DNA of 64,000 bases from Octopus sinensis. Its lineage: Eukaryota. The stretch is from assembly GCF_006345805.1 (NCBI RefSeq), contig NC_043023.1, positions 10,602,001 through 10,666,000 of the forward strand, in the 5' to 3' direction. A program made the translations under genes and the position numbers. Shown one piece after another: positions 24,200-36,995 of the stretch. Positions within the stretch are counted from its first letter, which is position 1. Each line of letters begins with the position of its first letter. Below the pieces are notes generated by a model. The model did no database searches and was not told where the DNA came from. It saw only the letters and a list, made by a program, of their open reading frames with translations.

Positions 24200-25060
24200 T
24201 ATCCAACTGGAACAAAAGCTTGTATACTGTTTTTGTGAAGAGACTGGACCCAGTCAGAGTCTTTTCCAGAATATAAGCAATTCTATAGAAATAACTGTTA
24301 TTGGCCTCCCACATGCTCAGATGAAATCCAAGCATTTTCTGCTATAAATATATTAATGAGAATAAGCAAGTTACCCAGAATAGCAAACGATTGGAGCAGC
24401 AAAGAAGCTTTTGGAGACCTGCATGTTTCCAGTATCAAGATAGAGACAGGATTTTAAAAACTGTCACAATACCTACACTGAAGACACTAGTAGTGGGCCA
24501 GTAGGTGGAGAACCAAACTGGTCCCTTATTTAAAATAAGACCTTCATCATAATGCTTACAAATGAGTCTCTAACCAAAAGATACTTTTATCTTGTTTCAC
24601 TTTCATTTTCAAAGAGTACTCATTTGTTTTTGTTTATATGTTAATATAATAGTTTTAGCCATTATTTTCTATACTTTTTATGTGTTCTTAAGCAATACTA
24701 TTACCAAAAACCATATTCTGATATTCCCTCATAAATGCCTATCCATCTATGAGGGTAGGGTGAGGTACAAAGGCAGAGTATGTTTCCCACAGTACATGCT
24801 TGGCAAAATAGCAAATGGGGGATCAAAGTTTGCAAGATCTGTGAAGTCAATGCTCTATACTGCTGTGGGTTCAATTTCTAAAGAGGGAAAAGGGGACACT
24901 ACTGTAAGCTAAATAGCCCTTAAAACATGCACCAATTTTGTTTCTTTACTTGTATAATCATAATCATACAATTTGCAAATGAAAAAACAAATTCGCAAAA
25001 CTTTTCCAGGCAATCCTGAAAATAAAGAAGATATGAGGGGTTAAAAACTACTTGAAAATG
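24200..25060 (+). mobile_element. piggyBac transposase remnant (N-terminal to central region)
   Basis: Fragments translate to WPPTCSDEIQAFSAINILMRISKLPRIANDWSS, QYLH, FKIRP, LSIYEGRVRYKGRVCFPQYMLGK, WGIKVCKICE and RKTFPGN, in piggyBac motif order. The first catalytic Asp is decayed (YE for DE). Confidence 0.8.
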
Positions 25061-25227
25061 TCTTCCAATGGTTGTATGATGAAACATCTTAACCATCTGG
25101 TGGTGCAGTTCTGTATTTTTCATGGTTTAGCTATTTTTAGTACATTTTATTACTTTAAATGTGTTTTAAAGCAATAATATTACCAAAAACTGTAATCTGA
25201 TATAATGTATTTATTTAACATGTAAAT

Positions 25228-26110
25228 GATGTCAAACTGGTCGCTCCTCGCGGTGATATAGATGATCTTCGTCAATGCCTCCACCAAGTTTGGAGATGGT
25301 CTAACGAATGGGACCTGTGTCTGAACGTGTCAAAGTGCTGTCATCTGCCTGTTGGCTCTTCTCCTGCAACTCAACTTGATTTCGAGCCGGGTCGTCTGCT
25401 GCTGGAGAGGACCGACCAGATAAAGGACCTGGGTATCTTGGTGGATTCTTCCTTTTCACCTTCAGCCCAGTGCGTCCATGCTGCCAACAATGCACGTGGA
25501 GTTCTCTTTTTGATTTGACGGATATTCGGAATGCTCACAGCAGCCATATTCCTACCGCTCTATGTCACGCTGGTGAGACCCATATTAGAGTGCGGGATTC
25601 AAGCCTTTTCTTCTTATCTCCTCAAAGAAATACATCATTTCAAAAGAGTCCAGAAGCTGGCTACCCGCATGGTTCTTGGTCTCAAGCATTTGTTTTATGA
25701 AGAAAGGCTGAAGACACTCAACCTTTATTCTCTAGAAAAACGCTGCTGCCATGGTGATCTCATTCTCGCTCACATCATAAGTGGAAAGTGTAACCTCTCG
25801 AAAGAGCTGTTCTTCACTCCTGCTCCAGAGCGTCGGCTGTGGGGTCACTCCGAAAAGCTCTATCTATGATGATTTCATCTCAATCGAAAGAGAGGGGCTT
25901 TCTCCGACCGGGTTGTGGATCCGTTGAATAAGCTGCCGGAAGAGATAGTGAAGATGCCCACGACCACTCTGTTCAAAGTCTCCCTTGACCAGAAATGGCC
26001 TGAACTCTTTGCATGAACACCCTCCCTGTACATAACTCCATGTCCCCCTACATGGCCTTGCTTTTTGCTTTTTGAGCCAAAAAATTAACTTAACCTAACT
26101 TAACTTAACT
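25228..26110 (+). mobile_element. 5'-truncated CR1-clade LINE
   Basis: DVKL...WRWSNEWDLCLNVSKC, IKDLGILVD, LYVTLVRPILE, RVQKLATRMV, YSLEKR..GDLI, WGHSEKL. Ends in a (TAACT)n tail. Confidence 0.88.
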
Positions 26111-26127
26111 ATCTCTCTTACTAAAAA

Positions 26128-26321
26128 TCTCTTCTAAAGGCACAACGCCTGAAATGTGCGGAGTTGGCTAGTCGATTACATTGAGTCCAGTGTTTAACTG
26201 GTAACCATTTTATCAACCCCGAAAATATAAAAAGCAAAGTCGATCTTGACAGAATTTGAACTCAGAACGTCGCAAAACATTTTGTCCAGTGCGCTAACGA
26301 TTCTGCCAGTTCACTGCCTTA
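26128..26321 (-). mobile_element. Degenerate SINE family C
   Basis: Minus strand: AAGGCAGTGAACTGGCAGAATCGTTAGC...GTTCTGAGTTCAAATTC...GGGGTTGATAAAATGGTTACCAG. Confidence 0.65.
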
Positions 26322-26335
26322 GAAATGTGAGTGAG

Positions 26336-26448
26336 ATGCTTTCATCATGTACGCTTCCCAAGTGGTCACCCATCTAAGTACTTGGTAGGCTCGACATTGC
26401 TTAACTTCGATGATCGCACGAAAACCGGTGCATTCTACTTGATATGGC
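26336..26448 (-). pseudogene. 5S rRNA-derived copy (pseudogene or SINE3-like head)
   Basis: Minus strand GCCATATCAAGTAGAATGCACCGGTTTTCGTGCGATCATCGAAGTTAAGCAATGTCGAGCC..AGTACTTAGATGGGTGACCACTTGGGAA matches the metazoan 5S consensus including Box A and Box C regions. The first about 7 nt do not match. Confidence 0.85.
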
Positions 26449-26452
26449 TTTA

Positions 26453-26851
26453 ATGGCCGTTGCCAGCGCCGCCCCGACTGGCCTCCATGCCGGTGGCACG
26501 TAAGAAGCACCATCCAATCGTGGCCGTTTGCCAGCCTCGCCTGGCACGTAAAAAGCACCATCCGATTGTGGCCGTTGCCAGCCTCGTCTGGCCTCCGTGC
26601 CGGTGGCACATAAAAAGCTCCATCTGATCATGGCCGTTTGCCCGCCTCGTCTGGCACCTGTGCCGGTGGCACGTAAAAGCACCCACTACACTCACAGAGT
26701 GGTTGGCGTTAGAAAGGGCATCCAGCTGTAGAAACACTGTCAGATCAGACTGGAGCCTGGCGCAGCCTTCTGGCTTCACAACCCCAATTGAATCGTCTAA
26801 CCCATGCTAGCATGGAAAACGGACGTTAAACGATGATGATGATGATGATGA
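26453..26851 (+). mobile_element. RTE 3' UTR and tail fragment
   Basis: TGGCCGTT(T)GCCAGCCTCG..TGGCAC VNTR units, then the GAGTGGTTGGCGTTAGAAAGGGCATCCAGC terminus and (GAT)n. Confidence 0.8.
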
Positions 26852-26908
26852 ATCATAACAGTTTTAAAACATTTTTCGTATTTTCTAAAGGTGGTATATT
26901 AGTTCGTG

Positions 26909-27135
26909 TCGAGCTGGCAGAAACGTTAGCACGACGGGCGAAATGCTTAGCAGTATTTCGTCTGCCGTTATGTTGTGAGTTCAAATTCCGCCGAGGTCGA
27001 CTTTACCTTTCATCCTTTCGGGGTCGATAAATTAAGTACCAGTTACGCACTGGGGTCGATGTAATCGACTTAATACCTATGTCTGTCCTTGTTTGTCCCT
27101 TCTACGTTTAGCCCCCTGTGGGTTTTAAAGAAATG
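26909..27135 (+). mobile_element. SINE family C with 16-bp TSD
   Basis: TSD GGTATATTAGTTCGTG at 26893-26908 and 27136-27151. Confidence 0.85.
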
Positions 27136-27369
27136 GGTATATTAGTTCGTGGCAGTTATTCACCTTGATATAATTGTTTCTTTAGTTATCCGCTAGGGGC
27201 AAAATCGATCGACCTAATGTTAGGGTTGTAGGGTGATTATTACCTGTCATCGATTTCTGTTTTTGATAGATCTTTATTTTATTGATTCTGAAGCATCTGA
27301 AGCAATGACAGGTAAAATTTGACATCGGCAGGAGTTGACCTCAGAACATAAAAGAAACATAAGAAACAC

Positions 27370-27584
27370 TGCATTACCTAATTTCGTTTCGGGATTTAAT
27401 GAAAACCATTACGTATTTTATATATTCCCCGTTTACACAATTTTTGTCATGGTTCATTTTAGGGTCAGATATTCTTTGACCTCGTCTAAAAGTATCGACT
27501 TTTCTCGATGAATTTCTACTTTTGTATCTAAACTGCTGGGGAAAGGACTTTATGGAAGATAACGAGTGATATTAAATGGTGAGT
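27370..27584 (+). promoter_or_regulatory. Putative exon 1 and splice donor of unit D
   Basis: Homologous to 5620-5836, with AAATG|GTGAGT (GT 27579-27580). Confidence 0.5.
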
Positions 27585-27873
27585 AAAGTAATAATTTCAT
27601 TTTGTTTTTATATTAAATTTCGTTTTCTCTTTGTACAAACCTGTTTTAGTGGGAAATCTTAACAATATTCAAGATTTCTTTACATTTTCCCGATCATAAA
27701 TGCTATTTGTAAACCTGCTGAAATTATGAAAATTAAGTTATTTACAGAAAAATGTATATGTATTAATGAGATTTGCTACAAATACCATCCAGAATGTTTA
27801 TATTACAATTCTATCGGAATTTAATGTGAAAATATAAATTTGTTGGGTTCGTCCTCATTCATTACTGACATAT

Positions 27874-28288
27874 AGTTAAGTTAAGTTAATTTTTGGCTCA
27901 AAAAGCAAAAAGCAAGGCCATGTAGGGGGACATGGAGTTATGTACAGGGAGGGTGTTCCTGCAAAGAGTTCAGGCCATTTGTGGTCAAGAGAGACTTTGA
28001 ACCGAGCGGTCGTCGGCATCTTCACTATCCACGGATCCGCAACCCGGACGGAGAAAGCCCCTCCCCTTCGATTGAGATGAAATCGTCGCAGGTAGAGCTT
28101 TTCGGAGTGACCCCACAGCCTACGCTCTGGAGCAGGAGTGAAGAACAGCTCTTTCGAGAGGTTACACTTTCCGCTTATGATGTTGTGAGCAAGAATGAGA
28201 TCACCACGGTGTCGTCGTTTTTCTAGAGAATAAAGGTCGAGTGTCTTCAGCCTTTCTTCATAAGACAAATGCTTGAGACCAAGAACCA
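27874..28288 (-). mobile_element. CR1 3' fragment, inverted relative to 25670-26110
   Basis: LDLYSLEKRRHRGDLILAHNIISG...WGHSEKLYLRRFHLNRRGGAFSVRVADPW with the same 3' UTR and (TAACT)n tail. Confidence 0.88.
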
Positions 28289-29119
28289 CATGTATCGACA
28301 AAATAAAAGTTGGAATTTTTTAAAGCGAATTCTTAGTTTGTGTCAGAATGTATATTCGTGTGTGCAGTTTGGTCTCAGTGTTTCCACCTCTTCTATTTCC
28401 ACTTAACAAATGGAGATGGTTAATTTACATTCCCGTAACTTAGCATTTTGGCAATAAACGGAGATTGAATGAGTTTCAGACAGAAAGGGGAAAATGAATA
28501 GATGACGGCGAATGTAAAGAAGACGGATCGCACCGCCTTTCGGTTATTATTTTCCTTTTTTGTTTGGGTATTTTCTACCCACATTTTCGACTGCGGAGAT
28601 ACCGAATCTGCGAAAAAAAAATGGGCATTTCAGAATTTTAATTCCTCCCCCACCCCCACCTCTTTTTCACTTTTTTTGGATTTTTTTTTTTTTTTTTTTT
28701 GCGAAATACGTTGTAAAACACAGAAATTGTGATTCTGAAAAAAAAAATTTGTAAAATTTCAATTTTACAAAGAAAAATAAAACAAATTAAGAACCCTTCC
28801 CTCCTACTAAAATAGTAAACGTATCTAAAGAGAAAACTCGACATGCTAGAAACAGCAGCTAAACAACGAATCACTAATTCAAATTTTTATCCCACCCTTC
28901 TCCACATGCTAGAAATAGAAGCTAAACAACGAATCACTAATTCAAATTCCACCCCCCTCTTTTTTTCATTGCTAGAGAGGTGGGGAGAAGTCTGGTGCAG
29001 TCTTCTGACTGGCCACCCCCTGCCAAAGTATCCAGCCCATACTGGCATTGAAGACAGACATTAAATTATGAGGATCAAAAAACAAGGCTCCTGGCATTTT
29101 GCTGTGCTTGAAAAGACAC

Positions 29120-29520
29120 GGCTGTGTGGTAAGTACCTTGCTAACCAACCACATGGTTCCGGGTTCAGTCCCACTGTGTGGCATCTTGGGCAAGTGTCTT
29201 CTGCTATAGCCACGGGCCGACCAATGCCTTGTGAGTGGATTTGGTAGACGGAAACTGAAAGAAGCCTGTCGTATATATGTATACATATATGTGTGTGTGT
29301 ATATGTTTGTGTGTTTGTGTTTGTCCCACTAGCTTTGCTTGACAACCGATGCTGGTGTGTTTATGTCCCTGTCACTTAGCGGTTCGGCAAAAGAGACCGA
29401 TAGAATAAGTACTGGGCTTACAAAGAATAAGTCCCGGGGTCGATTTGCTCGACTAAAGGCGGTGCTCCAGCATGGCCGCAGTCAAATGACTGAAACAAGT
29501 AAAAGAGTAAAAGAGAGAGT
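29120..29520 (+). mobile_element. SINE family A
   Basis: Same head, internal microsatellite and tail as 4453. Confidence 0.8.
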
Positions 29521-30120
29521 ATCACGCTAAGTAAAAGTATGGTTGCCCTTGCATGCAAGCTAATCTCTTGCAACTCTTTCCCTAACCTTTTAGGCTCATG
29601 GCTGCTGGTGTGCCATGTGGAAAGCTCCAATGTAAACTGTGTAAAGTGGTCGTGTCAGGAAGGGCATACGGCCACAAAAACCAGGCTAAAATAGAGATGG
29701 AGCCTGAACAGCCCTTCAGCTCGTTAGCTCTTTTCAAATCATCCAACCCATGCCAGTGTGTAAAATGGAATTTAAATGATGATGAAGTAATAGTTTTAAA
29801 TTTGCATAGACATCTTGTAGTATGCTGTTCAAAGCCTGCTCACTGTATTTGGCTATCTGATGTCATACCCTTGCATACAAGCTTGTCCCTTGCAACCTTC
29901 TCCAGCTGAGCATCCCTAATCTTCCAGGCTCATAGGGGCTGCATAAGAGCATCCAGCACACCCTATAAAGTGGTTGCATTATGAAGGGCATCCAGCCATA
30001 GAAACTATACCAAATCAGAAATGAACCCTGAACAGCCCTCAGCTGGTTAGCACCTTTCTAACCATCCAAGCCATGCCAGTATGTAAAATGGACTTTAAAT
30101 GATGATGAAGTAATAATTCT

Positions 30121-30503
30121 GAGTGGCTGTGTGGTAGGTAGCTTGTTTACCAACCACATGGTTCCAGTTTCAGTCCCACTGCGTGGCACCTTGAGCAAGT
30201 GTCTTCTGCTATAGCCTCGGGCCGACCAATGCCTTGTGAGTGGATTTGGTAGACGGAAACTGAAAAGAAAACCGTTGTATATATGTATATGTATATGTGT
30301 GTGTGTGTCTGTGTTTGTCCCCCTAACATTGCTTGACAACCGATGCTGGTGTGTTTATGTCCCTGTCACTTAGCGGTTCGGCAAAAGAGACTGATAGAAT
30401 AAGTACTGGGCTCACAAAGAATAAGTCCCGGGGTCGAGTTGCTCGATTAAAGGCAGTGCTGCAGCATGGCCACAGTCAAATGACTGAAACAAGTAAAAGA
30501 GTA
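30121..30503 (+). mobile_element. SINE family A
   Basis: Same head, internal microsatellite and tail as 4453. Confidence 0.8.
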
Positions 30504-30984
30504 TATACACATTGTGTGCTGTTTAAAGCCTGGTCACTGTATTTGGCTATCTGATGTCATCAATAGTAAGGATTTAAATGACACTGGACTTACTTGAGGC
30601 ATTCTTTCATCTCAGTCGAGACAAGAATATGAGAAAAAGAGAAAAGAAATAGAATTTACAAACTACTATTTAGTATGATTGCTTCAACACATCATGCATT
30701 AGTGACTTGTCAAAAGGTACCTCATATTTAAAGTTTCTGTTTTGCTTAATCCAATTAGAATTCATTTTCGTATTTGGTTTATCTCAAGCTTCTTTGAGTT
30801 TCCATCTACCAAATCCTCTCCCAAGGCTTTGATTGGCCACTCTGGGACTGAACCCAGAACCATGTGATAGGGAAACCATCTTCTTACCACACAACCATCC
30901 CTGCACTTCTACAGCCATGTCTATATAAAAATGTAGTAAAACTTTCACTGCTTTAATCTCTCTAATTCCTAATTATCTTGTATG

Positions 30985-31118
30985 TTTTACACTGTTGTTT
31001 CTCTTTCGTTTCAGATTATCAGATGGCATCTGCTTCACAGGATTTTTACATAAGCAACGTCATTAGAATGGAAAGTCTTTTGAAGACCGAGCAAAGATGT
31101 TATACAAAACACGTATAA
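30985..31118 (+). other. Putative 3' splice site and 31-codon short ORF (unit D)
   Basis: AG 31013-31014. ATG 31023 to TAA 31118 encodes MASASQDFYISNVIRMESLLKTEQRCYTKHV. Confidence 0.55.
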
Positions 31119-31766
31119 CCCTGTTTCTATGAATATTTACTGAATTACTGCAAAATATATCTTCTGAACTCTGACATATATGTAGCAAAATTTCTCTTCT
31201 TTATTGTCTGGAATACACAGAAAATTATATTTGCATCTTAATTAATCATTTAGCATTTAAACTAGCACAAATATTCTGACCTCTCACACTCACCTTGCAG
31301 TGTCAGTTTAAACATAAACAATCAAATCACTGAAGTCTCAGAGCTATGAGATAATCCATGATTAATTCAAAACAATATGAATAAATAAGCGTTACATTTC
31401 ACAAAGGAATCTCAATGCTAAACGGTTAATTTGGCCATATTTTTGTGTGTTTTATATTCATACTAGCCAGATCCCACCCCTCACACCCACCCTACAAGGC
31501 CATTCTAAAAATAAACAATCACAACATTGAAATCTGAACATGATAACATAATGAATGATTAATTCAGAAGAATTTCAATAAACATTCTATTTGACAGAGT
31601 AATCTGAATGTTAATGAGTTAAAGCAATTAAGAAGGCAGTTTGCAGCATCTTCAGATATTAACAAAGATCACTTTTGATGGAGATATATCAGTAGAAGTA
31701 TTTGTTCAGATCAATATACAAGAAGAAGGAAAACCTTTGTGTACTGTGACGAGAGAAAGGAAAATT

Positions 31767-32915
31767 ATGGAAAATGAATTACGTAGGAGTGAAGTTGAAT
31801 GTAAAAGAGAGTCTGAAGAACTTGATTTTTCTGATGAGGAAAAGAATGAAAAGAGCAAAACATCATTTGATTGTGATATCTGTGGCAAGTCGTTCTCTTG
31901 GAAAGCTAAGTTAGTCATTCACGAACGTACTCATACAGGAGAGAAGCCATATCACTGTGAAATCTGTGACAAATCGTTTTCTCAAAACAATTCCTTAACC
32001 AAGCACAAGCATGTTCATACAGGAGAAAAACCATATCACTGTGGTATCTGTGGTAAGTCTTTCTCTCAAAGCGAACACTTAACTAGGCACAGGCGTGTTC
32101 ATACAGGAGAAAAACCATATCACTGTGATATCTGTGGTAAGTCTTTCTCTCGAAGCGAAAACTTCACTATGCACAAGAGTTGTGTTCATACAGGAGAGAA
32201 ACCATATCACTGTGAAATCTGTGGTAAATCTTTCTCTCGAAACGAAAGCTTAACTAGGCACAAGAGTTGTGTTCATACAGGAGAGAAACCATATCACTGT
32301 GAAATCTGTGGTGAATCCTTTTCTCAAAACGATCACTTAACCAATCACAAGCGTGTTCATACGGGAGAAAAACCATATCACTGTGAAATCTGTGGTAAAT
32401 CTTTCTCTCGAAACGAAAGCTTAACGAGGCACAAGAGTGGTGTTCACACAGGAGAAGCACCATATCACTGTGAAATCTGTGACAAATCTTTTTCTCAAAA
32501 CGATCACTTCACTATGCACAGGCGTGTTCATACAGGAGAAAAACCATATCACTGTGAAATCTGTGGTAAATCTTTCTCTCGAAACGAAAGCTTAACTAGG
32601 CACAGGCGTGTTCATACAGGAGAAAAACCATATCACTGTGAAATCTGTGGTAAATTTTTCTCTGAAAACGGTACCTTAACCAAGCACAAGCGTGTTCATA
32701 CAGGAGAAGAACCATATCACTGTGAAATCTGTGGTAAATCTTTCTCTCGAAACGATCACTTAACCATGCACAGGCGTGTTCATACAGGAGAAAAACCATA
32801 TCACTGTGAAATCTGTGGTAAATCTTTCTCTCGAAACGATACCTTAACCAAGCACAAGTGTGTTCATACAGGGGAGAAGCCATATTGTGATATCTCTGGT
32901 AAATCATTTTCTTAA
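31767..32915 (+). CDS. C2H2 zinc-finger protein, unit D (382 aa from ATG, 12 intact fingers)
   Basis: MENELRRSEVEC leader, 12 fingers, then [10 protein letters not shown] (CAA to TAA at 32913). Confidence 0.88.
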   Translation: MENELRRSEVECKRESEELDFSDEEKNEKSKTSFDCDICGKSFSWKAKLVIHERTHTGEKPYHCEICDKSFSQNNSLTKHKHVHTGEKPYHCGICGKSFSQSEHLTRHRRVHTGEKPYHCDICGKSFSRSENFTMHKSCVHTGEKPYHCEICGKSFSRNESLTRHKSCVHTGEKPYHCEICGESFSQNDHLTNHKRVHTGEKPYHCEICGKSFSRNESLTRHKSGVHTGEAPYHCEICDKSFSQNDHFTMHRRVHTGEKPYHCEICGKSFSRNESLTRHRRVHTGEKPYHCEICGKFFSENGTLTKHKRVHTGEEPYHCEICGKSFSRNDHLTMHRRVHTGEKPYHCEICGKSFSRNDTLTKHKCVHTGEKPYCDISGKSFS

Positions 32916-33899
<984 letters not shown>

Positions 33900-34516
33900 G
33901 GAATAGATTCATTTCCCAAGTTACAGACATTGTTTATGAGTTTTATTTTTCAAGCATAACATCCAAATTTTGAAAGTTTCTACTACCATAACAAATGCAT
34001 CTGTGTCTTACCAAGAAGTTTATAAAAAGCAAAGGAATGCTTCTCAGTAAACAACTCTAGACTTGTTTCTTGTGAATCAGTGGTCACGTCTACAAATGAT
34101 GGTGTCCCTGAGTCTTTTCAAAGTGATTCAGAAAACAGTTATAATAATAATATTTTGTCTATTCTAAATGATATTGACATTGTTTTTGACTTTACATAAA
34201 ATATTCTTTACATTCTACTGTTGTTTTATTGTCATTTATTTACAAGTATTATAAATTTTATTGGTAAAATATTTTTCTAGCAATGAATTACAATTTATAA
34301 CATTGCTTCTATGGGAAATTATTGCTTTGCTTTATGAGTTTTCACTTTAGGAGCAATCTCCAGAAGAAATTAACTCACATATCAAGGCATTATTTTGGCG
34401 GAAGGCCAGCAATTTCAGGGGAAGGAGTAAGTTGAATAACCACATGGATCAGCATGTGTGCTTTTTACATGAACTAGCACAAATGCTTCTTACAGGGAGT
34501 GGCATTGCATGATATA

Positions 34517-34915
34517 TCTATATAAAATAAAGCTGAAGTTGTCTGTGTGTGTGTGTGTGGCAGGTTTTGTAGCCTTCAACTAACACCATCTCCTAAGAGA
34601 CCCTGCTGTGCAAGTTGATCAAGTTTGAGAGTATCATAGATAAAGGCTTGCTCTTCCTTACGTAGAAGAAAAAATTCAAATCGGCCCATGTTAACCCCAA
34701 AAATTATTTACATCGAAAAGGTGCTTTTTTACTATGAAAATCCCTATTTTTTACGAATTTTTGACTAATGTGTTGCCACTTTTCTGTGTATTTCAACCAG
34801 AAGAATCTTCACTTAAAGAGAATAACAAGCTACATAATGCAAAATTATTACTTTTCAAACATTCCAATTCTAAAGGGTCGAAACAAACTCGAGCAACGCT
34901 GGGCGATATTGCTAG
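34517..34915 (+). mobile_element. Non-autonomous Helitron-like element (unit D copy)
   Basis: A|TC start; ends GAGCAACGCTGGGCGATATTGCTAG|T. Confidence 0.75.
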
Positions 34916-34918
34916 TAA

Positions 34919-35378
34919 TCTCTCTATATATAAAATTGAGATCTTTCCGGTTTGAACGGCAGTTTTTTAAAATAATTTCCACCTAACTAAACACTTTCAA
35001 ACTTCGTATACTGGTAGAATATGTTTATAAAATGTCTTTTTCTCTTGGCTTTATTGAGAAAATTCTATGGTTTGTAAAATATTTGTTGTTTTTTTTCTGC
35101 AATTTCAACCAATCAATGACGTCTATTGAGGTAAAAAAAAAACATTCTGTGCCGTATGAATATGTCCCTCGTTTAAGAAACAGATTGGGTTTATTTACAT
35201 TTCTGAAGAAAAAAAGATACCCTAACCCTAAAACAGATTGAAATGCAATAGATCGATACAAGGGTCATGATTATGGGTGACTTTTTCATATAACACTGCC
35301 GTTCATACCGAAAAGATCTCAAAATTCTAATTCTAAATGATCGAAACAAACCCGAGCAACGCCGGGCGATATTGCTAG
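34919..35378 (+). mobile_element. Second, different non-autonomous Helitron-like element in tandem
   Basis: A|TCTCTCTATATATAAAATTGAG start; ends ACCCGAGCAACGCCGGGCGATATTGCTAG|T. Confidence 0.8.
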
Positions 35379-35509
35379 TAAGCATATAAAGCTATAAAAA
35401 AATCGAAAGGGTTTTTATATTTACTGGACTTCGGTTTATGTACTTGCTTATCTCCCTTTACTCGTCTAATTAGCCTATTGTGTTCCCACTGTTGTAATAA
35501 GCAACACGT

Positions 35510-35824
35510 ACTTCTGTCCGATCTAATTACTTCTTCTCATTAATGTTGTAATTATTGTGGTAACAACGTTCCTTCGTATATCACATACTTTTGTCCGATC
35601 TAATTACTTCTGTTAATTAATGTTATAATTATTGTGGTAACAACGTTCCTTCGTATATCACATACTTCTGTCTGATCTAATTACTTCTTTTAATTAATGT
35701 TGTAATTATTGTGGTAACAACGTTCCTTCGTATATCACATACTTCTGTCCGATCTAATTACTTCTTCTCATTAATGTTGTAATTATTGTGGTAACAACGT
35801 TCCTTCGTATATCACATACTTCTG
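35510..35824. repeat. 77-bp minisatellite, 4 copies
   Basis: Unit ACTTCTGTCCGATCTAATTAC...CGTATATCACAT starts at 35510, 35587, 35664 and 35741, with a partial copy at 35818. Confidence 0.92.
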
Positions 35825-36329
35825 ATGGCTGATACCCCTTACGTTGTCGAGCGGTTACTGTTTATATCTCGTTCAGAGATTTATTATTGTTTTCAGACAG
35901 TTTTTCTACATCAGTGACAGTGGTTACTGTGAAAAACATTATATATTACTTGCGAGGGGGCTCCTTCATCGAAGACCAGTGCTTACCATGCGTTGACGAG
36001 AGGCAATTACCTTGAAACTATAGTCCGTATGTAGTACTCGGGTCTTCGAGGGAGGATGACCTCCCTTTGCAAGTAACACAAGGACACTGATATAGTGTCT
36101 AAAGTCCTTTTGGTGACGTTGATCGCCTGGGGCTAAAAGCATCAGTAACACCCCACCCCACCCCAGTGGCTAGCCACATTCAGATGGCTGATACCCCTTA
36201 CTTTCAATATAGTAACCCTCACAGCACATACACAAGGCACACAGAGCTGCGCTCGGTAGTGAAGTGAAAGCACGCTATAAAAACAAAACTACTGAATATT
36301 ATTAATAATAATAATAATAATAATAATAA

Positions 36330-36512
36330 GGCGCAGGAGTGACTGTGTGGTAAGTAGCTTGTTTACCAACTGCATGGTTCCGGGTTCAGTCCCACTGCGT
36401 GGCACCTTGGGCAAGTGTCTTATACTATAGCCTTGGGCCGACCAGAGCCTTGTGAGTGGATTTAGTAGACGGAAACTGAAAGAAGCACGTCGAATATATA
36501 TGTATATATATA

Positions 36513-36571
<59 letters not shown>

Positions 36572-36995
36572 ATGTTTGTGTTTCTGTGTTTGTCCCCCTA
36601 GCATTGCTTGACAACTGATGCTGGTGTGTTTATGTCCCCGTAACCTAACGTTTCGGCAAAAGTCACCGATAGAATAAGTACCAGGCTTACAAAGAATAAG
36701 TCCTGGTGTCGAGTTGCTCGATTAAAGGCGGTGCTCCAGCATGGCCGCAGTCAAATGACTGAAATAACTAAAAAAAGAAAAAGAGGAAAAACGCAAAGTA
36801 AATAAATTTTTAAACTAAGTAATCTTTTACTTGTTTCGGTCATTTGACTGTGGCCATGCTGGAGCACCGCCTTTAATCGAGCAACTCGACCCCGGGACTT
36901 ATTCTTTGTAAGCCCAGTACTTATTCTATCGGTCGCTATTTCCGAACCGCTAAGTGATGGGGACATAAACACACCAGCATCGGTTGTCAAGCAAT
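36330..36995. mobile_element. SINE family A (+, 36330-36775) and an inverted SINE-A tail (-, 36826-36995)
   Basis: Full copy follows an (AAT)n run. The second segment is the reverse complement of about 36602-36770. Confidence 0.8.

Noticed and set aside
26336-26448. Functional 5S rRNA gene
   Set aside because: Many substitutions, a lost 5' end, single copy, and embedded in TE debris.
35510-35824. CRISPR-like repeat/spacer look of the minisatellite, RTE VNTRs and finger repeats
   Set aside because: Contiguous tandem units with no unique spacers, no cas genes, and eukaryotic context.
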